53,482 nt of DNA from Candidatus Kaiserbacteria bacterium RIFCSPHIGHO2_02_FULL_49_16. GTDB taxonomy: Bacteria > Patescibacteriota > Minisyncoccia > Phycocordibacterales > UBA2100. Below, in pieces: positions 23,283-32,893 of this stretch. The stretch covers positions 767 to 54,248 of the forward strand of contig MFLD01000043.1 in the NCBI GenBank assembly GCA_001781465.1. Reading direction: 5' to 3'. The translations under genes were made by a program, and so were the position numbers. Numbering within the stretch: the first letter of the stretch is position 1; every line of letters starts with the position of its first letter. The notes beneath the pieces are model-generated. The model was not told where the DNA came from and searched no databases. It was given only the letters and a program-made list of their open reading frames with translations.

Positions 23283-23843
23283 ATGAATATGGAAAGAATA
23301 CTTGATATTAGATTTCTGGTTCCCCCGATTCTGACTTTATTCTTTATTTTTTTCTATTCACCATCCTACTTTCTGGCTTTCTTGATTAATAAATCGGCTT
23401 TGTTAAGTATAGTTGTTGGCCCCGTACTTATATTGGCTCTGGGCTTTATTATTTCAAGCTTCGTAAACGCTGTTGTGGATTTACTTGATGCACGTACTCC
23501 CACGAACATTCGCGAGTTGGATATATGGCGAGCACTTGAAAAGGAGGGGCAACACGTCTGTAATCAGGTTCATAAGAGATGGCATATTGCGATAGCAAAC
23601 TTTAATTCCTGCTTCGCGACTGTTTTGGCTCCGATTTTGATTTATATTTTTACGATGTCAAAACAAATTATTCCTCCTATTCCTACATATGGCTGGGGAA
23701 TTATTTATGCTACTGCCATAATAGGCTGCGCTATTCTTTTCGTGCGAAACGGCTGCGTTGCGTGGAAGAACGTAATGCAAATTGATGAAGATGTGGTGTC
23801 GATGCATCTAATCTCCGAGGCTAAACCTTCGGATATTAGATAA
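23283..23843 (+). CDS. Hypothetical polytopic membrane protein in an AT-rich segment
   Basis: 186 aa with four or more hydrophobic segments. No family recognised. Confidence 0.45.
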   Translation: MNMERILDIRFLVPPILTLFFIFFYSPSYFLAFLINKSALLSIVVGPVLILALGFIISSFVNAVVDLLDARTPTNIRELDIWRALEKEGQHVCNQVHKRWHIAIANFNSCFATVLAPILIYIFTMSKQIIPPIPTYGWGIIYATAIIGCAILFVRNGCVAWKNVMQIDEDVVSMHLISEAKPSDIR

Positions 23844-23940
23844 GGACCGAGATATTTGGATACAGTTCTAGGCGCGGGGAATGCGGGTTCGGAGGAGTAT
23901 AACTTTGGGAATGACCCACACAACGCGAAACATGGAGTTT

Positions 23941-23982
23941 GCCTGTACCATTCACCGACACCTGTCGATGAATGGTACAGGC
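23941..23982. terminator. Long hairpin between the convergent membrane-protein gene and rpoD
   Basis: GCCTGTACCATTCA...TGAATGGTACAGGC has 14 bp perfect outer arms, and the inner part is also near-palindromic. Confidence 0.6.
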
Positions 23983-24052
23983 GTAGAGAAGCCGATTTCG
24001 CACTGGCCTTTTCTATTCTACGTACTACGTTCTACTTACTACGAACTATTAT

Positions 24053-25342
24053 TCAGTAACTCCTCAACTGCTTCGCGCGGTCGTGCAATCTAATGCGTTC
24101 AAGCGCCTTAGCTTCAATCTGGCGGATGCGCTCGCGGGTGACGCCGAATTCGCGCCCGACCTCTTCAAGCGTGTAGCAAATGCCCTCGTCAGTAAGACCG
24201 TTGCGCATTTCTAAAATCTTTCTTTCCTTCGGCGACAGCTCGTCCAAAATTCCTTCCATTTGTTCCGAAAGAATTCGGCGCGAGGCGTCTTGGTCGGGCG
24301 AGGCAATCGTATCGTCCGCGATAAAACTCCCCAAGGTTGAGCGCTCGTCGTCGTCTTCTCCCACCGGACTCTCGAGAGAAACGGTGTCTTGATTTATTTT
24401 TTGGATGACGTAAATTTTATCAACCTCAATCCCCATTTCTTCGGCAATTTCTTCCGGAAGAGGGTCGCGCCCCAAGTGCTGTGAAAGTTCGCGCACTTTT
24501 TGTTTGTATTTCGCGATAGTTTCTACCATGTGAACGGGAATGCGGATGGTGCGCGATTGGTCGGCAAGAGCGCGAGTAATTGCCTGTCGAATCCACCACG
24601 TGGCGTAGGTTGAGAATTTGTAGCCCTTCGTGTAGTCAAATTTATCCACCGCCTTAAAAAGGCCAAGGTTTCCCTCTTGAATTAGGTCAAGGAGAGTGAG
24701 GTCGGGCGAGCGATTTACATATTTTTTAGCGATAGAAACCACGAGGCGCAGGTTGGAACGCGCGAGAATGTTGCGGGCTTCGTCGTCATTCTGCAAAATC
24801 CGTTTCGCCAGCTCCTTTTCCTGGTCTCCGTTGATGAGCGGATACTGGCCGATTTCTCGCAAGTACATTTGAACCGAATCAAATCCGCTGTCCGCTCGGC
24901 GATTCTGGAGTTTTTTCCGCTCCAACACGAGCGTAGCAGAATTATCTTCCAGCATTCCTCCGCCTTCTAGCACGTCTATTCCCGCGGTACTGAAGCGTTC
25001 GTATATGTCTTCCAAAAGAATTACATTGTCTTCTATCGTTGGGAATTCGCGCAAAATCTCGTCGTAAGTAATGTACCCGCGCTCGCGCCCGAGCGTTATC
25101 AGCGCTTCAACTTTTGACTGGTCCTTTCCTTTTGCTTTTCTTGATTGCGCTCTTCCCTTCACGCGTCCTGCGGTGGCCTTGGTTATCTTAACCTTTTTGG
25201 CTGCTGGTTTACGCTTAGCCGCACGCCTCTTTTTAGAAATTATTTTCTTTTTACGCGTACGCTTTTTTTGCACGCGCTTTTTCTTTGCGTGCGTGGAGCG
25301 CTTTTTTGATTTCTTAATTTTGCTTTTTTTCTTTTTTGTCAT
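24053..25342 (-). CDS. rpoD: RNA polymerase sigma-70 factor RpoD with a polybasic N-terminal tail
   Basis: Region 2 reads [22 protein letters not shown]. Regions 3 and 4 read [24 protein letters not shown]. The first ~80 aa are almost entirely K/R/A. Confidence 0.92.
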   Translation of the reverse strand: MTKKKKSKIKKSKKRSTHAKKKRVQKKRTRKKKIISKKRRAAKRKPAAKKVKITKATAGRVKGRAQSRKAKGKDQSKVEALITLGRERGYITYDEILREFPTIEDNVILLEDIYERFSTAGIDVLEGGGMLEDNSATLVLERKKLQNRRADSGFDSVQMYLREIGQYPLINGDQEKELAKRILQNDDEARNILARSNLRLVVSIAKKYVNRSPDLTLLDLIQEGNLGLFKAVDKFDYTKGYKFSTYATWWIRQAITRALADQSRTIRIPVHMVETIAKYKQKVRELSQHLGRDPLPEEIAEEMGIEVDKIYVIQKINQDTVSLESPVGEDDDERSTLGSFIADDTIASPDQDASRRILSEQMEGILDELSPKERKILEMRNGLTDEGICYTLEEVGREFGVTRERIRQIEAKALERIRLHDRAKQLRSY

Positions 25343-25420
25343 ACAATGGTTCTGTCTGGAACATTAACAACGTAAGCGAAGAATTTTCGCTTTCTGTTGA
25401 TGCGCCTCCCGCTCCTAGAC

Positions 25421-25450
25421 TAAAAGCAGACAAACGCCGCTCGCGCGGCG
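25421..25450 (-). terminator. Rho-independent-type terminator after dnaG
   Basis: On the minus strand, CGCCGC-GCGA-GCGGCG is followed by TTTGTCTGCTTTT. Confidence 0.55.
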
Positions 25451-25470
25451 CTCACGGCAAAATAATACAA

Positions 25471-27240
25471 TTATTCATGCGGTTTCGCAACGTGAGTTGT
25501 CAACAGGGTTGTCAACAGCTTACACACACCCATCGCTTTTTCTATCTCTTTTTCATTCCCTGCAAACTCCGCCCTTTTTAGCTGTTCTGTCGCTTCGGTA
25601 AGACGGGCCGTGAGTTGATCGCGATGAAGAGACGAGAGTAGTGTTTCCGCCTCGCGTTTTAGCATCGAACTTTTTCCGTGAACAGATTCGGCTGAGAATC
25701 TCAAACTTTCAAGTTCATTTTTTGGCAGACTTCGTAAAATTTTGACCGCTTCGGCACCGATAACGCTCTCAAGCTCTTTCGCAAACGCTTCCGTGTCAAG
25801 AACTGGCTTCGGCAGAGACTCCTGCCACAGCAAGAGCGAGAATGCTTGCTTGGCGCGCCCGTAGCCTAAGGCGGAGGCGGGCTTCGCCACGCTCTCACTT
25901 TTTGCAACATATGCGCTGGGGGAAATTTCATTTACTTCTCGTGAGCGCGGCAATTTAGCTACGGCCTCAGTAACCGCCCCCTCTCCTGCTCCAAGTTGTC
26001 CGGCGACAGTACGTATATATTGATCCTTTGCAATAGGACTCTGAACATCAGCAATGAACGGCAAAACAATTGCTTCCACATTTCTGCGGAATTTGTCTTG
26101 TTGTGGCGCGTGTTCGCGAAGAACATCAAGTAGAAACGCGATGATATCTTTCGCATTGCGAATTGCCTCTCGCCACGCTTCCGTTCCGTTTTTGAGAATC
26201 AGGTCGGCTGGATCCAATCCAGTAGGAAGTTGTGCGACTTTCACATTTATGCCGGAAGCAATTGCCGTGCGCGCTGTGCGTCCCGCGGCTTTTATACCCG
26301 CCTCATCGGCATCAAGCGCGATGACGAGATTATCCGTCATCCGGCGAATGAGAGCCGCATGCTCAGTCGTAAATGCCGTGCCAGATACCGCAACCGTATT
26401 CGCCCATCCAGACTGATGTGAAGCCACTAAATCGATTTGCCCCTCCACCAAAACAGCGCAATTGTGCTTCCTGATGGCGTGCTTTGCTCGGTCAAAGCCA
26501 TACAATATCTTCGATTTGTGGAAAAGTTCCGTTTCGGGAGAATTCATATATTTTGGCGGTTCAAAACCGTCTTCGCGCTTCTCTGTCTTTCCGGAACTCG
26601 CGCCCGAATCAGGGACTATACGGCCAGAGAATCCGACAATGCGCCCGGCACTATCCGCTATGGGAAACATTATTCTATTGCGGAATTTGTCGTTGACGCT
26701 TTTGCGCTCATTGCGCTTTGCGAGCCCTGCATCAATGATTTCTTTTTCCGAAAATCCTTTGGCACGCAGATATTTAAAAAGTTCATCCCACGCCTCGCCT
26801 GCAAGACCGACACGGAACGATTGCACCGTTGCTTCATGTATCCCCCGCTTTTCCAGGTATTCCCGTGCAGAGTCAGTGAGATGCGATGTGTAATAGATAG
26901 TCGCCGTCTCAAGCAGTTCAAACAACCTGTCGCGAGAATCTGTCTTTTCCTTTCTCTCGTACACGAGGGGCACGCCCGCTTTCTCTGCAAGAATTTTAAG
27001 CGCTCCTTTGAAATCCAGCCCTTCTATCTCTTCAACAAAAGAAAAGATATCGCCGCCTACATTGCACCCGAAGCAGTGATAAGTTCCTCGTTCGGGAGAA
27101 ACGAAAAACGATGGGGTTCTCTCCGAGTGGAAAGGACACCGCGCGCGCAAGGATAACCCCGCGCGCTCAAGCTTCACGTATTGCGAAACCACGTCAATGA
27201 TCGAGAGTTTATCCTTAATTTGCTGAACTGTATCGCTCAT
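25471..27240 (-). CDS. dnaG: DNA primase DnaG
   Basis: Zinc finger CPFHSERTPSFFVSPERGTYHCFGCNVGGD and Toprim VLVEGQIDL...IALDADEAG. The ATG at 27240 gives MSDTVQQIKD. Confidence 0.9.
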   Translation of the reverse strand: MSDTVQQIKDKLSIIDVVSQYVKLERAGLSLRARCPFHSERTPSFFVSPERGTYHCFGCNVGGDIFSFVEEIEGLDFKGALKILAEKAGVPLVYERKEKTDSRDRLFELLETATIYYTSHLTDSAREYLEKRGIHEATVQSFRVGLAGEAWDELFKYLRAKGFSEKEIIDAGLAKRNERKSVNDKFRNRIMFPIADSAGRIVGFSGRIVPDSGASSGKTEKREDGFEPPKYMNSPETELFHKSKILYGFDRAKHAIRKHNCAVLVEGQIDLVASHQSGWANTVAVSGTAFTTEHAALIRRMTDNLVIALDADEAGIKAAGRTARTAIASGINVKVAQLPTGLDPADLILKNGTEAWREAIRNAKDIIAFLLDVLREHAPQQDKFRRNVEAIVLPFIADVQSPIAKDQYIRTVAGQLGAGEGAVTEAVAKLPRSREVNEISPSAYVAKSESVAKPASALGYGRAKQAFSLLLWQESLPKPVLDTEAFAKELESVIGAEAVKILRSLPKNELESLRFSAESVHGKSSMLKREAETLLSSLHRDQLTARLTEATEQLKRAEFAGNEKEIEKAMGVCKLLTTLLTTHVAKPHE

Positions 27241-27302
27241 ACAAGTAAACATTACCACTTTATGGCCCAATTGTCGGGTTTCGCGTGATACTCCCAATTA
27301 GG

Positions 27303-27346
27303 CATATAACGCTAGCTTGTGCGGCCGCACAAGCTAGCGTTATATG
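27303..27346. repeat. 44 bp perfect palindrome with a GCGGCCGC centre
   Basis: CATATAACGCTAGCTTGTGCGGCCGCACAAGCTAGCGTTATATG. Its right half recurs at 27882-27897. Confidence 0.8.
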
Positions 27347-27372
27347 TTCCAAATCAATGACTTCCCTTGATT

Positions 27373-27402
27373 TTGATAACAACGCCAGTGCCGTGATATA
27401 AT
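27373..27402 (+). promoter_or_regulatory. Candidate sigma-70 promoter giving a leaderless mRNA
   Basis: TTGATA (27373-27378), an 18 nt spacer, then TATAAT (27397-27402). The ATG at 27409 is only 6 nt after the -10 box. Confidence 0.4.
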
Positions 27403-27408
27403 CTTGCC

Positions 27409-27762
27409 ATGGTAAAAAAGACAACTCTCAATGAGGTCGGAGAAATGATTCGGCATGTCGTGAAGCACATGGCGACCAAGGAGGATATTGCCGAGGTGCG
27501 AAAAGAAATGGCGACCAAGGCCGATATCACTGATGTTCGCGGAGAGGTGACGACTGGTTTTGCCAGTATCCGCAAAGAAATGGCAACCAAGGCCGACATC
27601 GCGGGAATCATGACGGAGCTTGCCGACATCAAACAGCGGCTCAAAGCGGTTGAGAGAGCAGTTGAAAATCATTCTGGATTTAGCAAGGAAATCGACCATG
27701 CCTTTGAGCGCATCGTGGCAATCGAAAAACACCTCGGCATCAAGCAGAAAGTACGGGCATAG
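27409..27762 (+). CDS. Small coiled-coil protein with internal MATK(E/A)DI repeats (DUF1640-like)
   Basis: HMATKEDIAEVRKEMATKADITDVRGE...IRKEMATKADIAGIMTE contains three repeats and resembles the LATKADL repeats of DUF1640 proteins. Confidence 0.5.
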   Translation: MVKKTTLNEVGEMIRHVVKHMATKEDIAEVRKEMATKADITDVRGEVTTGFASIRKEMATKADIAGIMTELADIKQRLKAVERAVENHSGFSKEIDHAFERIVAIEKHLGIKQKVRA

Positions 27763-27811
27763 CAAATAAGAAAACCTTATAAAGTTTGGGAAATGACGCT
27801 GACTGGGTAAT

Positions 27812-27868
27812 AATGGTGACTGTCCCCGTTAACTTGTCCCCGTTAACTTTTTGTCCCCGTTAACTTTG
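27812..27868 (+). repeat. Tandem GTCCCCGTTAACTT x3 preceded by AATGGTGACT
   Basis: The repeats lie at 27822-27835, 27836-27849 and 27853-27866. Each contains GTTAAC. Confidence 0.8.
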
Positions 27869-27973
27869 CAAAACGCGCATAAACTAGCGTTATATGTGGC
27901 ACAGACATATATCCGAACGAGACCAAACCACCCATAGAAAAGTTGATGAATAAAACCTCAAAGTTTAGAAAAC

Positions 27974-28037
27974 AATGGTGACTGTCCCATTAACCCCATT
28001 AACCCGTTAACCTTAGCTGCCATTAACTGCATTAAAC
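27974..28037 (+). repeat. Second AATGGTGACTGTCCC unit followed by degenerate (C)CATTAAC/CGTTAAC repeats
   Basis: AATGGTGACTGTCCCATTAACCCCATTAACCCGTTAACCTTAGCTGCCATTAACTGCATTAAACC. It overlaps the stop codon of the methyltransferase gene. Confidence 0.7.
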
Positions 28038-28835
28038 CTCGGGTTTAATAGCTTTGATCGACAACCTAATTGCAGGATATTTTTTGAATATCATGTAATT
28101 ATGCATCTGTGTTGCATAAATTTTTGGATCCAAATCTCTAGTTGGTTCGGGGAATTTGATTTCTTCAGTAAGTTCAACTTCAAAACCCACAGTTTTTATA
28201 GTATTGATTGTCTGGGAAATACTTCTGCGCCAATTACGCAGTTCGACTCCCCATGGCGCCATTGTTGTAAATGGACCATATTCTTTGATTAAATTCCCAT
28301 CAATGTCAACCATTCTGTCTGGGTGAGTCATCACAAAAGCAAAAGTCCCGCCAGGTTTTAGCGCAACATAGGTATTTTTGCAAACAGCTAGAAACTGCTC
28401 ATCGTCCAGATGTTCAAAGACCATGTGAGAGAACGCCACGTCAAATGTATCTGACGGTAGTGCCACATTGGTAATATCGCCAAGTATAAAGTTAGCACCC
28501 GGTATTCTGGCTTTTGCCATTTCAACCTGTCTTGGGCTTATTTCCACACCCGTTATGTCTCGTGCCGCAACACCATGCGGCAATAAAAGATCTGTCTCAA
28601 TTCTTCCACTAGCAGATCCCAAGTCTAAAAATTTCGTTCCGGCGCCTCTGGCAAAAAAAGGTGCCAGTAATCTTTCCATTGCAGGTCTACCAACGTATAC
28701 CCAAGTAGGCAACTTGTTAGATTCGCGAAACGCTTCGGCGAACTCGTCGTGGACATTTGCCATAGTTGGAACTTGTCGAACCACCTGATTCTGATCAGCG
28801 TCTGAGTTAGTCTTGTTTTTGGGCATCTCATTCAT
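28032..28835 (-). CDS. Class I SAM-dependent methyltransferase
   Basis: Motif I FLDLGSASGR, an acidic loop, and ALKPGGTFAFV. The substrate is unknown. Confidence 0.7.
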   Translation of the reverse strand: MNEMPKNKTNSDADQNQVVRQVPTMANVHDEFAEAFRESNKLPTWVYVGRPAMERLLAPFFARGAGTKFLDLGSASGRIETDLLLPHGVAARDITGVEISPRQVEMAKARIPGANFILGDITNVALPSDTFDVAFSHMVFEHLDDEQFLAVCKNTYVALKPGGTFAFVMTHPDRMVDIDGNLIKEYGPFTTMAPWGVELRNWRRSISQTINTIKTVGFEVELTEEIKFPEPTRDLDPKIYATQMHNYMIFKKYPAIRLSIKAIKPEV

Positions 28836-28992
28836 GACAGTCTTTTTATTGAATCCAATTCGATTATTTTATAGGCGGCTTCTTTAATTCCAAAAGCTCC
28901 TCCGCCTTTTTAAATGCTTCCGATTTTCTCGAACAATGTCGCCGTTTTCATAGCTTGGACAATATACTAAATCTAGCCGCTAGCGAAACCAC

Positions 28993-31900
28993 TTATGCAT
29001 TGCTTGCGCCTGAATCGGTACCCACGGCGGCTTCCTCCGCGGCAAATTGCGCTTCCATTTCCTCAATCATCGCGTACTTCTTGCTTCCCTTGAAACCGGT
29101 ACCGGCGGGAATGAGGCGGCCGATGATGACGTTTTCCTTAAGCCCAATGAGGCGGTCAACAGAGCCGGAAACGGCGGCTTCTGCCAACTTGCGCGGCGTA
29201 TTCTGGAATGAGATCGCGGAAAGGAACGAAGCGCGCGTGAGGGAGACTTCGGTGATGCCGAGGAGCAACTGCTTGCCTTTCGCCGGTTCGCCTTCCGCTT
29301 CTTTCTGCCGTTTGTTGATGCGCTCATACTCAAAGTCAGCAATGATACTGCCCGCCGAGATTCCGGTACCACCGCTTGAAATTATTGATACGCGGCCGAA
29401 CATTTGCTTAACGATAATTTCCAGGTGCTTGCGTGACGTGGAAACTCCCTGCAATTCATAGATTCGCGTAATTTCGTTGATGATGTATTGCTGAGCTGCT
29501 TCTTTTCCGGCAAGTGCAAAGACATCCTCCAAATCCGCGGAGCCGTCTGTCAGGAATTCGCCCTTGGTTACATGCGAGCCCTTCTTGACCAGAATTATTC
29601 TCATTGGACTGATCCTGTATTCAGTCTCCTTCTTCGCGGCCTTGCCTGTTTTGAGCGACGCTGTCTCCGGTATCATCGTGATAACTGTTTCATCGCCGTC
29701 TTTTGATATATCGGATACGACTCCGGAAACTCGCGCGAGTGTCGCGGGCAATTTCGGCATGCGAGATTCAAAGATTTCTTCAACGCGAGGCAAGCCCATC
29801 GTGATGTCGCCTCCCGCAGTCGCTACGCCTCCGGTGTGGAACGTACGCATTGTGAGCTGAGTTCCCGGCTCGCCGATAGCTTGCGCGGCGACAACGCCGA
29901 CCGCTTCACCGACATCTATCATTTCTCCCGTAGTAAGGTCAACGCCGTAGCATTTCTGGCATACGCCGCGCGCCACCGTACACGTCATAGGAGAACGAAC
30001 TATTGCTTCCTTAGCCGGACTTTCTTCTATCTCCTTTGCGTCATCGCGAGTCAAAAGATGGTTGCGCTTTCCGCCGAAGGCGGATCCGCCTCTGGCGGAG
30101 AAACCTTCAATATCCCTTGCGAGCACTCGGCCATGGAGCCTGTCGGAGAAAGATCCGCCAATGTTTTCCTTGCCCGGGCGCAAAATCGTCACGCCCTCTT
30201 TCGTACCGCAATCATTCAGAAGTATTACGACATCGTGCGCCACGTCAAAGAGGCGTCGCGTGAGATAGCCCGCGCGCGCGGTGTTAAGCGCCGTGTCGGC
30301 TAATCCCTTTCGGGCGCCGTGCGTTGAAATGAAATACTCGATGGGGGTCAATCCTTCTTTGAGCGACGACGTAATTGGAAATTCAATGATTTCTCCTCGC
30401 GGGTTCGTTATGAGGCCCTTCATGCCGGCCATCTGGTGAAGTTGAACGACGGAGCCGCGCGCGCCGGAAGTAATCATGTCGGAAACCGGCCCGTTCGGGT
30501 CAAGCGCCGCCGTTACATGCTTGCGCAAGTCGTTTCCGACCTTGCCCCAGATTCCGACAGTCATTTGATAACGTTCGTCTTCCGTCAAAAGTCCGTTGTT
30601 GAAGTTTTCCTGTTCTTTGGCAGCCCGCGCGCGGCCCTCCTCTACAAGTTTTTCTTTGATTTCCGGAACAACAACGTCTGAAATAGACCATGTGATTCCG
30701 GCGTATGTCGCGTACCTGAAACCAAAAGCTTTTATTTTGTCCAGAATCGCGGGGATGCCGTCTAATTTGTAGTGCGTGACGAGGTTTTGAACTAAAGCTC
30801 CCATTCGCTTGTTTGTGATTTCCTCGTTTATATACGGAAAGTCGCTCGGAAGAACTGAGTTGAACAGCAGGCGTCCGATGGATGTTTCAAAGACTTTTCC
30901 GCCGAACTGCTCGTATTTTTTGTTTTCCGAAGGAAGAACGCGAATTCTCGCGCGCAAGTCCACTGCCTTGAAATCAAACGCGGTTATAGCCGAATTTGTT
31001 GAAGGAAATGCCTTTCCCTCGCCCATGGCTCCAGCAATCATCTTTGTCATCCAGTAGCATCCAAGAATGATGTCCAGAAGTTTGGACGCGACTACAACGT
31101 CGCCGCTTCCTGGTTTCAGAACATTCTTGTTGGCTGACATTATTTTCGCGGCTTCCATCTGCGCGGCTTCCGAAAGCGGAACGTGTACGGCCATCGCGTC
31201 GCCATCAAAGTCCGCGTTGTAAGCGGGACAAACTAGCGGATGCACTTGAATAGCGTTGCCTTCAATCAAAACAGGGCGGAAAGCCTGGACGCTTTGTCGG
31301 TGCAAGGTCGGCGCGCGGTTCAGGAGAACGTATTTGTTCTGTATTGCCTCTTCAAGAATCGGCCAAATTTCCGGCGCCTCATCTTCTATCAAACGTCCCG
31401 CGCCGCGGATGTTGTACGCGAGTTCGCGCGCCAAGAGTCCCTGAATGACGAACGGACGGAACAATTCCAGCACCATGTGCTTCGGCAATCCGCATTCATC
31501 AAGAGCCAAATCTGGCCCCACGACGATGACGGAACGGCCGGAGTAGTCCACCCGCTTTCCGAGAAGATTCTGGCGAAGGTATCCGTGTTTGCCCTTTAGA
31601 TAGTCGGCAAGAGATTTGAGAGCTCGGCGGCGGCCTCCCAATATGCCCAAAATGCCCGAACCTCGGCGCATTGAATTGTCCAGAAGTGCGTCTACTGCTT
31701 CCTGCAGAATGCGTTTCTCATTTCGTAAAATTACTTCAGGAGCATGGATTGAGAGAAGACGTTTCAAGCGGTTGTTCCTGTTGATGACGCGGCGGTAGAG
31801 ATCGTTCAAATCAGACGATGCATGGCGGCCTCCTTCGAGCGCGACCATGGGGCGCAATGCTGGCGGAACTACTGGAAGACGAGTCATAAACATCCATTCG

Positions 31901-32706
31901 GGACGGACTCCGGCTCTTCGCAGGGCCTCGCCGAGAGCCAACTGTTTGCGCAGCTTATCCTTATCGGCCGCTCCAGATTTCTCGTACCTCTCGCGCGCTT
32001 TTTTCACGAATTTGTCTAAATCAATGCGCTTCAATATATTATAGAGCGCCTCGGCTCCGATAGCGGCTCTAAAGAGCGCGCCGTATTTCACCGCAAACAA
32101 GTGATATGCCGCCTCGTCCAACACCGCGCCCTCTTTGATTGATTCAATGTCTTTTTTCGCTTTCGTTGCCAAATCCTTGAGTCGAGCTTTTTCCTCAGGA
32201 TTCGCGGCAGATTTGGTCTTCTGTTGGAATTCCTGCTCCAAATCTTTTAACAATCGCATTCGTTCCGTTTCCATAACTTGCGTCACAATGTAACCGGCAA
32301 AATATACGATTTTCTCGACTTCAGCGGTAGAGAGGCCTAGAAGAAGCGCGATGCGAGAAGGGATTCCCCGAAGAAACCAGATGTGCGAAACTGGAGTGGC
32401 AAGATCAATGTGTCCCATGCGCTCTCGACGAACGACCGCGCGCGTCAATTCCACCCCGCATTTCTCACAAACGATTCCGCGAAAACGGATCCCGCGATAT
32501 TTGCCACAGTAACATTCGTAGTCCTTCTCTGGTCCGAATACTCGCTCATCAAAGAGGCCGTTCTTTTCCGGGCGCTGGGTGCGATAGTTGATGGTTTCCG
32601 GTTTCGTGATTTCGCCGAACGACCATTCAAGAATACGCTCAGGACTCGCAAGCCGCATCGCGACCGCGTCGAAGTTCTGAGGGATTATGTCTTTTCTTTT
32701 TTGCAT
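28993..32706 (-). CDS. rpoC: DNA-directed RNA polymerase subunit beta'
   Basis: Zinc-binding CYCGKY...CEKCGVE, catalytic [13 protein letters not shown] and trigger loop/bridge helix regions are present across the full length. Confidence 0.95.
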   Translation of the reverse strand: MQKRKDIIPQNFDAVAMRLASPERILEWSFGEITKPETINYRTQRPEKNGLFDERVFGPEKDYECYCGKYRGIRFRGIVCEKCGVELTRAVVRRERMGHIDLATPVSHIWFLRGIPSRIALLLGLSTAEVEKIVYFAGYIVTQVMETERMRLLKDLEQEFQQKTKSAANPEEKARLKDLATKAKKDIESIKEGAVLDEAAYHLFAVKYGALFRAAIGAEALYNILKRIDLDKFVKKARERYEKSGAADKDKLRKQLALGEALRRAGVRPEWMFMTRLPVVPPALRPMVALEGGRHASSDLNDLYRRVINRNNRLKRLLSIHAPEVILRNEKRILQEAVDALLDNSMRRGSGILGILGGRRRALKSLADYLKGKHGYLRQNLLGKRVDYSGRSVIVVGPDLALDECGLPKHMVLELFRPFVIQGLLARELAYNIRGAGRLIEDEAPEIWPILEEAIQNKYVLLNRAPTLHRQSVQAFRPVLIEGNAIQVHPLVCPAYNADFDGDAMAVHVPLSEAAQMEAAKIMSANKNVLKPGSGDVVVASKLLDIILGCYWMTKMIAGAMGEGKAFPSTNSAITAFDFKAVDLRARIRVLPSENKKYEQFGGKVFETSIGRLLFNSVLPSDFPYINEEITNKRMGALVQNLVTHYKLDGIPAILDKIKAFGFRYATYAGITWSISDVVVPEIKEKLVEEGRARAAKEQENFNNGLLTEDERYQMTVGIWGKVGNDLRKHVTAALDPNGPVSDMITSGARGSVVQLHQMAGMKGLITNPRGEIIEFPITSSLKEGLTPIEYFISTHGARKGLADTALNTARAGYLTRRLFDVAHDVVILLNDCGTKEGVTILRPGKENIGGSFSDRLHGRVLARDIEGFSARGGSAFGGKRNHLLTRDDAKEIEESPAKEAIVRSPMTCTVARGVCQKCYGVDLTTGEMIDVGEAVGVVAAQAIGEPGTQLTMRTFHTGGVATAGGDITMGLPRVEEIFESRMPKLPATLARVSGVVSDISKDGDETVITMIPETASLKTGKAAKKETEYRISPMRIILVKKGSHVTKGEFLTDGSADLEDVFALAGKEAAQQYIINEITRIYELQGVSTSRKHLEIIVKQMFGRVSIISSGGTGISAGSIIADFEYERINKRQKEAEGEPAKGKQLLLGITEVSLTRASFLSAISFQNTPRKLAEAAVSGSVDRLIGLKENVIIGRLIPAGTGFKGSKKYAMIEEMEAQFAAEEAAVGTDSGASNA

Positions 32707-32893
32707 ATTAGATTTTGTTATGAGCGAAGCGGGTTAGAAAATCTTATACCCGCCTAAATTTCTTATAATGTTTGCGCCGTATCTGCAATCGTTCGATGGA
32801 ACTTTTTTCTGATATTTGATGATGTTCATATAATTTGTTGAGAAATTTGGGCGGGTAAAGAAATAGTAATCCATTTCATTCATAACGATTTCT

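Noticed and set aside
26437-27156. 239 aa plus-strand ORF inside dnaG
   Set aside because: It is antisense to the primase zinc-finger/RNA polymerase domain and has no motifs.
27822-27866. Possible CRISPR array
   Set aside because: The repeats are only 14 nt long and directly adjacent (0-3 nt apart). There are no spacers of about 30 nt and no cas genes, so this is not a CRISPR.
28955-32757. Multiple 60-170 aa plus-strand ORFs across rpoC
   Set aside because: They are antisense shadow ORFs of the beta' gene.
32734-32883. 49 aa minus-strand ORF (MNEMDYYFFTRPNF...) in the rpoB-rpoC spacer
   Set aside because: It has no SD, is very AT-rich, overlaps the inverted-repeat segments and has no homology evidence. 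It is kept only as part of the spacer observation.
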